From NCBI RefSeq assembly GCF_902713615.1, contig NC_052166.1:1798001-1862000 (forward strand): DNA of 64,000 nucleotides, given 5' to 3'. The stretch comes from Scyliorhinus canicula. Lineage: Eukaryota. Under the pieces are notes generated by a model. The model saw nothing but the letters and a program-made list of their open reading frames with translations. It searched no databases and was not told the DNA's origin. Both the position numbers and the translations under genes were made by a program. Position 1 is the first letter of the stretch. Every line of letters starts with the position of its first letter. Below are positions 40,970-51,600 of the stretch, piece after piece.

Positions 40970-43900
40970 TGTTAGGCTAAATCTCAGTTCAATGAGTGAG
41001 TCGACACAGTAAGGCTTCAATCAAATAGTTTTTTACTTAGGATTGTAACACGTACAGCCATCTGAGTTATGGCTGGAGAAGGCGCATTCTGCCGAGCCTC
41101 AAGTTACACACACTGATAAAGGTTGTTCCGCGCGCAATGGCCTTGGGCGGGTTACATAGCTGCCCACTCACAGTACTGTTGCTAACCTAAATGTTATCTA
41201 AACCGCCACCCCCATCGCCCTCCTTAGTCAGAGCTAGAAGCAGCTGCACAAATATACCTTACAATCCCTCCTTTGTCCTCTTATGAGGACAACAATTACT
41301 TCCCGCGCCCCCTATGTTTTGAAACGCGCGCGAAAAGAAAATAAAAAACCCTTTTTGCCAAGCGTTCTATACCGCCTGGTTGGGTCTTGAGGTCTCAGGA
41401 AGGTGAGGACCCCCCCATCCTCTTGGCTCGACCCGCCGGAGTCTCAAGTCCTTCCCAGGGGCGGTGTACATTATATACAATTTTTGCCTTGCCCCTTATA
41501 ACCCGCGCGTTTTTCTTTCGCTCCCTTCCCCCCCCCCCAGTTTCACATTTCAGCTTCTAAGTACTCTTCTTGGTCAAAAATATCTTCATGTCCTGGTATT
41601 TAGGAGGTAGTTCCTCCCGGTTGGCGAATGCCCTCAGCCCACGGGATTTTTCCGGGTTTTCTGATACACACCAGGTCCCCTTCTTTTATCGGACTCTCCT
41701 GTCCTTCTTCTCCGTCACCGGCCGCGTTGTTCACCTGTTGCGAAACTAAAGCGACCATGTTACCGAGCATTTTGATATATTGACTCATTTCAATTTCCCT
41801 ATCTTCCCATGTTTGCACCCACTCCGGGTTGGTCTTGGGTCCTGGGTCGTTAAGAGGGTGAAAATTCAAAACTTAAGATTTGTAAGTTCCAATTAAAATG
41901 CATCTTCAGCTGTGTGGACTGTTCATTACTTTATCAGAATTTAAAAGGCCAGAACTCGCAGGCAAACCAGCAACTCGCAGGCAAACCAGCATGGGAGTGT
42001 CAAGACATCTTCTGGATTACACACAAAAGCTTGTTGAAAGGGTTGACTGTCTTGCAGAGACAAAAAGGGGGGTATAGTGGGTGCATAAATTGGAATGATG
42101 CCATTCGCATCTCTAAACTTGTTTTTAATTTTTCACTCAAATGGCTGGGAGTAAAAGTTGGAGTGCTGCCAAATTCCCGTTATCAAGTTTTTCAGGGAAC
42201 ACAATATGTTATTGAAACTCATGGACATATTTCATTTACCCATCTGTTGTTTATGAGTCATTCTGCAATCTCATAATTAAAACATCTGCGTTGTGGGACA
42301 GTTTAGTTTCACCCTACTGATGATTTTTTGTGTCAGGGAAGTTTTAACCCTGAACTAATGAAACACCGGCTTGATCATATTTGTCACATGCACTTCAACC
42401 ATCCCAACCTCCGCTGAACACCACAAAACCAATACTTTCCTATTCCTACACACGTGATCTCGCATCCTGATTAAAATTATAGCCTTTGAAAAGAAAAAAA
42501 ATTGTTAACTGTACTCAAACTATAATCTTTAAAGACAATGCGTAGACAATTTGAAGCTTTCAAATAATCACAGCTCGTAACAAGTCAAGGTCTGAAGTCA
42601 AAGTCTGAATACAAAGACTGTGAATAGTTCAGAACAAAGTTTAGATGCCTAAAACTCTCTCTCTCTCTCTCTGGAACTCTTGTCGCTCTTTCTCTTTATC
42701 TAACTACCCCTCCCCTTCTCTGTCTCTCCCTGACGTTCTCTTTCGCTCTCTCAACTTTCACTGTCTCTATCAGTCTCTCTCTCTGTACGTAACTCTCTCT
42801 ACGTAACTCTCTGTCTGTCTCTCTTTCTCTAAAATGGAACAAAATTAAAATACTGAACAAAATTTTTCATTCTCCTTCAAAAACTTTATCTGTGTCATTC
42901 CACTTAAGTCAATTTCCACTGATTAATTTTAGAGGCATTAGCTATTCTTAGAGATGTATATTTCTTTGTGCAGATGACCTGCTTGCTGAAATGGTTAAAT
43001 TTTTGTACAGAATCAAAAGTGGTGGAGAACTTGGCATGATGCCATCTCCATCCGTTATGTGACCTTAGACATTACCCATCCTTTCTTTCAATTTTCAATG
43101 TTCGTTGTTTAACCGGTTTTTGGAAAGAGACATTACTGGATGTTTATTTTTCTTTTATTTCAAGTGAGTTGAATTACTGCTGAATTTATCTGGACGGCTT
43201 GAAACGATCTGAAGTTATTCTCGACATGTATCCATTCTTAAGTTTCTAACCGTAACCTTGCACTGATCTTCCTCCCCATTTTTTTGTTTTGGGAGGGGGG
43301 TTAGTCATCCTCAGACATTCCTGAACAAAACTAATTGAGTGCTTTAGCCCCTTTCTGATCTTTTGGACTTCACTTAATTTGATTTTTTTTTCTCTCCTTG
43401 AGACATTCTGGGACAGTCGTTAGCCGTAATTGTTGGCAGTTTTGTGAGGTCTTTATGCTAGTTTGCAGAACCTACTGCAGTATCTTTACTCGTTTTATTG
43501 ACATGCTTAAAGGAGTTAGAGCTCAATTCCTTTAAACCAGCCTGTCTTCCAAATGGTGTGAAGGTTGAATTTATCATTTGTGCTTCTAACTTTATTTGTC
43601 TTATCTTTACTTCTGTGTATCTCACCATTTTTCTCTGTTCCACAGAAATCACACCCATCTTTGATCATTGTTTTTTTTTAACCAGAGTATTTTGCTCTTC
43701 AAAAACCAAAAAAATGTTTTAAACTGACTTTTTTACTCATTTGGCCTTGATACTAGATTTATTGGATGTTACCTCACCGTCTGTCCGCCTTGCCAAGTGA
43801 TTCTAATTTTAGGCGGTCAAAGGTTTGACTAGTCGCCTTGTCCACCGGCTCGAGCGGCGTCCAGCTCAGCAACATCCTTCCAGACTTACACTAAATGTTA

Positions 43901-45025
43901 GGGGTGAAAATATTCACACAAAGGCCTGAATATAGCTTAAACTCACATGGATTAATATACAGATTCAAGGCGGATAGCCTAATGACTTGGTTATTTTCCC
44001 ATATGTGCCGTCCTTTTTTTTTTAAGACGTTGGCTGTTTTAACTATTTCTTTCTCTGTCAATTTTTATACCCAATTTTAATGCATTAGTTTTCCCCCAGT
44101 GGCCATTTTTCTTCTAAATTTTTATGCTCTTTTCGCGCGCTAATGTTACCGGACATTTATATTTCAAGGACATTTATATTTCAAGGACATTTATATTTCA
44201 AGTCTCTTATGAACCGGTGATAATAGATCCAAAACTGTTTTGTTTTCAATGCCCGACCTTCACGTGACAGATCTCTGTTCTTAATAACCAGTCTAAGGCA
44301 ACAAAACAATTTTCCGATTCTAAGCCTCTACTTCCTTCTCACTCTACTTCTGAGATCTGACAGTTTTTTAAGTAAAGACTCACTCTACTTCTGATATCTG
44401 ACAGTTTTTTAAGTAAAGACTTTAAGTAAATATTATCACTAATATTTGGTCGAAGGTAATAACATTAATCTTACACCTTAAGGACTTTTAAGTTTAACTT
44501 AACACTTACGTGTCACAATCCCAAGGCGTTTGACGTCCGGCTATGGTCGTCTTCTAATTTTGTCTCCTTTTTCAATCACTGAGACAATTATTACACAATT
44601 TAAAATTTCAATTTTGGAGTTTTGATTTAACAGGTTTGACTCCGTACCTTCTTTTTAGCCGGCTTTTAATTGTCTCTGCGATCTTAAACGGAGTTGTGTT
44701 CGACTCCCCCCCAACGTCGGGGTCACCAATTTGTTAGGCTAAATCTCAGTTCAATGAGTGAGTCGACACAGTAAGGCTTCAATCAAATAGTTTTTTACTT
44801 AGGATTGTAACACGTACAGCCATCTGAGTTATGGCTGGAGAAGGCGCATTCTGCCGAGCCTCAAGTTACACACACTGATAAAGGTTGTTCCGCGCGCAAT
44901 GGCCTTGGGCGGGTTACATAGCTGCCCACTCACAGTACTGTTGCTAACCTAAATGTTATCTAAACCGCCACCCCCATCGCCCTCCTTAGTCAGAGCTAGA
45001 AGCAGCTGCACAAATATACCTTACA
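40970..45025 (-). mobile_element. Young non-autonomous LTR retroelement/ERV-like (4056 bp)
   Basis: 294-bp TG...CA LTRs at 40970-41263 and 44732-45025 with no difference seen by eye; CTAA TSD on both sides; PBS TGGTGACCCCGACGT (44714-44728); PPT AGAGGACAAAGGAGGGAT (41264-41281); no long internal ORF. Confidence 0.93.
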
Positions 45026-45859
45026 CTAATCAGAGTCGACTGGCCAACCAATCAACACCTTTTCCTCTTGCAAAATAAATTGTGATGGTTTGAAATTTGA
45101 CATTCTTATTTTTGTCCTGGTGAGTGCAAGGTGAAAAGCTCCAACAACTATCTTTTCAGCAACATTCAAAAGCTTGGTGGTGTTTGAGGGAAGAATGTTG
45201 GCCGGGATATTCGGAGAGTTCCCTCTGCTACAGCTCTTCTACAAATGGTGACACAGGCTCATTACTGTCCACGCCAATCTAACATTGCAACAATCCTTAA
45301 CACTGAAGCAGATTGTCTGTCCAGATTACTTGTTTAAATCATGGTGTTTGGATATAATGATAACCCCTTGGATCTGTGTGTGAGCCTGTGACCACTGAAC
45401 GATCAACCTGGCTCTCTGCTAGAATTTCCCCTTGTGTGACAATCAGTACAACACAGAAGTAGAGGGGTTGAATGAGATGGTTAGAGAGTAGTGTAATTTA
45501 CATTTTTACCCATTAATTATCTCATCAGGTATCTCACATTGTCCAGGAAATCATAAGCATGATACAATTCAGTCTATTGATCGTTTTTAATAGATTTCCA
45601 CAGTCCCTTTACATTGACTGCAATGTACAAACACTCCTTGAACAATTAATGAAGCTTGATTAATATTTGATATGACATTCTGATAAACAAAATAAACTAA
45701 AAACATCCAACAGACGGTTGCTCTCCCTCCTCCTTTTGACGTCTAATCTAGGGGAAAGACAGGAAAATTATTCATTATATCAAAACTGCTGGAAAAGTAT
45801 TACAAAGGTGGTCAGTGCTTGTTGTTAGTGTTACTTATTGGAATCAAACACTCTCAGTG

Positions 45860-47488
45860 TCAGATATAGAGTAAGACTCCTCTCCACTGTCCCCATCAAA
45901 CACTCCCAGGACAGGTACAGCAAGCTGTTAGATATAGAGTAAAGCTCCCTCTGCACTGTCCCCATCAAACACTCCCAGGACAAGTACAGCACGGGGTTAG
46001 ATACAGAGTAAAGCTCTCTCCACACTGTCCCCATCAAACATTCCCAGGACAGGTACAGCACGGGTTAGATACAGAGGAAAAGCTCCCTCTACACTGTCCC
46101 CATCAAACACTCCCAGGGCAGGTACAGCACAGGGTTAGATACAGAGTAAAGCTCCCTCTGCACTGTCCCCATCAAACACTCCCAGGACAGGTACACCACG
46201 GGGTTAGATACAGAGTAAAGCTCCCACTACACTGACCCCATTAAACATTCCCAGGACAGGTACAGCACGGGGTTAGATACAGAGTAAAGCTCCCTCTACA
46301 CTGTCCCCATCAAACACTCCCAGGGCAGGTACAGCACAGGGTTAGATACAGAGTAAAGCTCCCTCTACACTGTCCCCATCACACACTCCCAGGACGGGGT
46401 TAGATACAGAGTAAAGCTCCCTCTGCACTGTCCCCATCAAACATTCCCAGGACAGGTACAGCACGGGGTTAGATACAGAGTAACGCTCCCTCTCACTCCC
46501 CATCAAACATTCCCAGGATAGGTACAGCATGGGGTTAGATACAGAGTAAAGCTCCCTCTGCACTGACCCCATCATACACTCCCAGGACAGATACAGCACG
46601 GGGTTCAATACAGAGTAAAGCTCCCTCTACACTGTCCTCATCAAACATTCCCAGGACGGGGTTAGATACAGAGTAAAGCTCCCTCTGCACTGTCCCCATC
46701 AAACATTCCCAGGACAGGTACAGCACGGGGTTAGATACAGAGTAAAGCTCCCTCTACACTGTCCCCATCAAACATTCCCAGGACAGGTACAGCATGGGGT
46801 TAGATAGAGTAAAGTTCTCTTGACACTGTCCCCATCAAACATTCCCAGGACAGGTACAGCACAGGGTTAGATACAGAGTAAAGCTCCTTCTACACTGTCG
46901 CCATCAAACATTCCCAAGACAGGTACAGCATGGGGTTAGATACAGAGTAAAGCTCCCTCTACACTGTTCCCATCAAAAACTCCCAGGACAGGTACAGCAC
47001 GGGGTTAGATACAGAGTAAAGCTTTACACTGTCCCCATCAAACCCTCCCAGGACAGGTACAGCACGGGGTTAGATACAGAGTAAAGCTCCCTCTACACTG
47101 TCCCCATCAAACACTCCCAGGACAGGTACAGCACGGGGTTAGATACAGAGTAAAGCTCCCTCTACACTGTCCCCATCAACACTCCCAGGACAGGTACAGC
47201 ACGGGGTTAGATACAGAGTAAAGCTCCCTCTACACTGTCCCCATCACACACTCCCAGGACAGATACAGCACGGGGTTCGATACAGAGTAAAGCTCCCTCT
47301 ACACTGTCCCCATCAAACATTCCCAGGATGGGGTTAGATACAGAGTAAAGCTCCCTCTACACTGTCCCCATTAAACACTCCCAGGACAGGTACAGCACGG
47401 GGTTAGATACAGAGTAAAGCTCCCTCTACAGTGTCCTCATCAAACACTCCCAGGACAGGTACAGCACAGGGTTAGATACAGAGTAAAG
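45860..47488. repeat. 69-bp tandem satellite, same family as 1-480, with 58-bp deletion variants
   Basis: Same unit and same orientation, about 24 copies. Confidence 0.97.
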
Positions 47489-47507
47489 GTCTGTTATGAT
47501 AAACCTA

Positions 47508-48274
47508 GGGCGCGATTCTCTGCAAATGCGGAGAGTCGTAAAGGCTGCCGTGAAACCGGCCGTGTTTCATGGCAGCCTCCGCGCCCCCTCCCGGGACCCG
47601 AATTCACACCCCCGGTCGGGTCTAGCATCGCGGCCCCGGGAAGAACGGTAGCGCGGGCTTAGCGAATGTTTTCTAAACCCGGCCACCAAGACTCACGGCG
47701 GCTGACGCGCACGAAGACGTCAGCCGCGCATGCGCGGATTGGATGGCTCCAACCCGCGCATGCGTGGATGACGTCATCGCAAATTTTTGAGTCAAACCCG
47801 CGCATGCGCGGATGACGTCATCGCGCATATGCGTCAAACCCGCGCATGCGCAGTCCGTCATGCCCCTCAGCCGCCCCGTGGACTGATCCTGCGGGGCGGC
47901 GGAGGGACAAAGAGTGCGCGGGAATCAGACCCGCTGCCCGCGATCAGTGCCCACCAATCGCGGGCCCATGCCACCCTTGGCACGGCCGTGGTGCGGCCGT
48001 GCCAATCAGTGGCATGGTTGTGCAGAACGGCACTTTGCGGCCGTTTTCACGAACTGTGATAGCAGGTGTGTTTAAATTCATGAAAACGGGCGTAAAGGCC
48101 TGGGAAATCGGCCCATCGGATAGGGGAGAATCGCTGCTCGCCGTAAAAAAAACGGCGAGCAGCGATTCGTGTCGTGGGGGGGGGGGGGGGGAGAATAGCA
48201 GGAGGTCGGGAAAAATGTCGGGAAGGCCCACCCGCTATTCTCCGACCCGTCGTGGGGGGCGGAGAATCGCGCCC
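47508..48274. mobile_element. MITE (non-autonomous DNA transposon), 767 bp
   Basis: Perfect 13-bp TIRs GGGCGCGATTCTC / GAGAATCGCGCCC, flanked by TA on both sides; CpG-rich non-coding interior. Confidence 0.85.
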
Positions 48275-48533
48275 TATTCCTTCCTCTGCCTATTTTGTCT
48301 CTGAATCAAATTGATGAATATTGTTGAAGTCTCTGCAAAGCTGTGAATTGGATCTGTTCCTCTCCCAGGTTAATCTGCATTATTTAAATCCACGTTTTAT
48401 GCCCAAGGTTTGTCTCAATCAAAGTCTAATGATCTCAGTGTCTTACACTGCTCGAGGACATGTGTACTGTGGTTATGTGACTGCTGTGTCTGACTGACAG
48501 AGACACATCAGTTAAAAAGTGATTATCAGCAGG

Positions 48534-48539
48534 TTTAAT
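48534..48539 (-). terminator. Candidate poly(A) signal (ATTAAA) of the WA-like gene
   Basis: ATTAAA on the minus strand about 50 nt after the stop codon, followed by a U/GU-rich tract. Not verified. Confidence 0.3.
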
Positions 48540-48586
48540 GATACAAACCTTAATCGGTGATATTTCCCTCCTTGATCATAAAGTTA

Positions 48587-48623
48587 TTATTTGCAGAACT
48601 GGCTGGAACAAGGTTTCCCCTGT
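48587..48623 (-). CDS. WA-like exon 5, cytoplasmic tail and stop
   Basis: Acceptor caattcatttacag|; phase 2 entry gives [15 protein letters not shown] (stop at 48587-48589). Confidence 0.65.
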
Positions 48624-51600
48624 CTGTAAATGAATTGATAAACATGTTGAAGCTGTCACTTTATAAATCCCAACAGAAACTAAAGCATTTGCTGAATGTG
48701 GGAACAGAATCCGACACAATAAAGAGAAGAAACTCACCTGCTGCACAGCTTTGTAACCAGGTACAGACCTACCATCAACCCAAGAGCACCAACAATAACT
48801 CCAACAGCACAGACAATGGTCCCAGTGTGGAGCTGTGGATATGACTGATCTGTTTAAAATGTCAAAGAACAGCAGGTTAAATCTTTGTTTATGTTCACTG
48901 ATCATCAGAATTCTCTCTTTCTCTGGTAGTCCCTCAAACTGAACCGGATGCTTGCCATGGAGGGATTCGCTGATGTGCAGGTAGTCGTAGGAGCCAGTAG
49001 AATATGAGGAACTCAGAATCCGCCCTGCCCCCCCCCCCCCCCCCCAACACATGGTGGAGTTTGGTGCGTCTGGTGTGCTGAACAGGTTCCAAGCCCGGGA
49101 CCCAACCTGACCAGGTGGGGAGAAAAGTGAGGAGGCATGGTGGCAGTCAAGTCTAGGGTGGGTGGAGGTTGGTGGCCTCTTTCAGCAGGGACAAGGGGTG
49201 GTGGAAGGCGGAGATCCTCCACTGAAGAGGTGTAAGCGGCTGGTCCTTGTGTTCTATTCCAGAAGGGCAGATGGTGAAGAATGGAATTGGAGCCAATCTA
49301 TACACATTTCCATATATATTTGCAGAGTTACACATTACAAGTATACACCTCCTACCCAACAACCACAGTTTTAGATTGTGTCTATTGGCAAGGGGCACAA
49401 GTGAATACCCACTACAATACAATGGATGGGATTTTCTACACCTACCCGCAGTGTGTTTGGCTTAGGCAGCCCGCCACTGGCTGGCAGCGGGATCTTCACA
49501 CCCCGCCAATGTCAACAGGGCTTTCCATTGTTTTCATTCTCTGCCACAGGAATCAGGAGGGGGGGGGGGGGGGGCATCAGTGGACTAGAAGATCCTGCCA
49601 GCGGGAATAGCTGAAAAATTCTGCCCAATATATAATTAACCAAGTATTGTTAAAAAAACATGCTATCAAAGCTTTCTGGCATGAACTCATTGGCTCACAA
49701 GTGGCACAGTGGTCAGCACTGCTGTCTCACGGCGCCGAAGACCCGAGTTCAATCCTGGCCCTGCGTCACTGTCCGTATGGAGTTTGCACATTCTCCCCGT
49801 GTCTGTGGGTCTCACCTCCACAACCCAAAGATGTGCAGGGTAGGTGGATTGGCCATGCTAAATTGCCCCTTAATTTGGAAAACATTTTTAAAAAATGAAC
49901 TCATTAGCTCAGAAGAAATTTTCAACATTAACAGGGAACAACAATTTATACCATTTGAGATGAGAATGCTGATTGGTTGGCAAGTGGACTTTGGTGGAGG
50001 CATTGCTTTGAAGAATGCAGCATGGCACAGCTAATTGCCTAGCTTTGTTCAAATTCGAATCAGGCAGGTTGACTCTGATTGGCCACGGCATTGCCCTTGG
50101 GAATGAACCAGGGAATGGCTGTCTCCCTAAGCTTTGAAAAAGGCACAATGTGTGCACATGATCCTTTTCAGATACTGTCTTATTCTTGTCAAGTGCAGTA
50201 CACAGTAATTAAAATCTAACATACCCATTAACACAGTCATTGGTTCATCGAGACTCATATGATTTATTTGACAGCTGTAGGTGTCTCTATCCTGTGGATC
50301 AATGCTGATGTACTTTAAGATGTTATATGTCCAATCCATCTCAACCACTAATTGTGATGAATTAACCAGCCCAGTGAAAGGCCTCCCGTTGATCAGGAAG
50401 GTGATGTCAATTTCAAAAGGGTAGAAGTTCTCTGCGTAACAAAACAGGATGTTCGACTGATGTGGGGCGTAGATTTTCTTGGTGTAGATGTGTACAAGGG
50501 GCTTTTCTATAATAGAAATAACAGTAAAAAAAACTATAACAACATGTACTCCTGTAACACTTGCACATAACATATATTTTAAAAGAGTCTGGGGAAGATA
50601 TAGCAGTCATATTACTGCTCGTATTTAATAATTTGCTAGAAATAGGTGTATTGTTGAGGATTGGCAGAAAGTTAATGTCATTCTATATTTACGAATGGAG
50701 ACAGACTGTGTCGAGGGAATTATAGACTAGTCAGTTTAACATCAGTAATAGGAAAAAAATCATTCCTAAAGGAGAGAATAGAAGAAAGAAACTCGAAATG
50801 TGAAATATAGAAATGAATAGCATGGAATTCAAAAGGCAAAATCTTGCTTGCTTTTTTGAGGAGGTCACTGAGAGAATACAGAATGGGAATGCAGTAGATT
50901 TGATCTGAATCTTCAATAAGATTCCCCATAATAGACTAACGAATAAGGTCAGAGAATGTGGAGTCAGGCAACAAGTAGCAGAATGGATTGATTACTGGTT
51001 TCAAAAAAGCAGAGAGTGGGAGTAAAGGGTGGTTATTCAGAGTGGCAGGTGTTCCACAAGAATCAGTACTGGAAACTTTGGAATTGGGGCCAGGGGATGG
51101 TGAAAGGAGAGATCCAAGGTGAGACGGTGGCTCAGTGGTAATCCAGAGACCCAGGCTAATCCCCTGGAGACCCGGGTTTTAATCTCACCACAGCCGATCG
51201 TGGAATTTAAACTATATAGAACATCTGAAATTAAAAGTCTAATGATGAACAAGAAATGATTGTCGATTGCCATTAAAAACCCAGCTGGTTCATTAATCTC
51301 CTTTAGGGAAGGAAATCTGTAATCTTTCCCTGGTGTGGCCTATGTGTGACTCCAGATCCATAGCAATGTGGTTGACTCTTAAATGCCCTCTGAAATGGCC
51401 TAGCAAGCCACAGTTGTATTCAACCGCTACGAAAACACAAATGAATGAAACCAGACGGACCACCAAGAATCGACCTAGGCACCAGAAACGACAATGGCAA
51501 ACCCAGTCCAGCCGACCCTACAAAGTCCTCCTTGCTAACATCTGTGGGGACTTCAATGTTCATCACCAAGGCTGGCTGGTTAGTACCACCACAGACCAAG

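Noticed and set aside
50225-50506. Calling the Ig exon beta2-microglobulin
   Set aside because: It splices in frame to an upstream alpha1 exon and a downstream TM exon; beta2m is a soluble single-domain protein.
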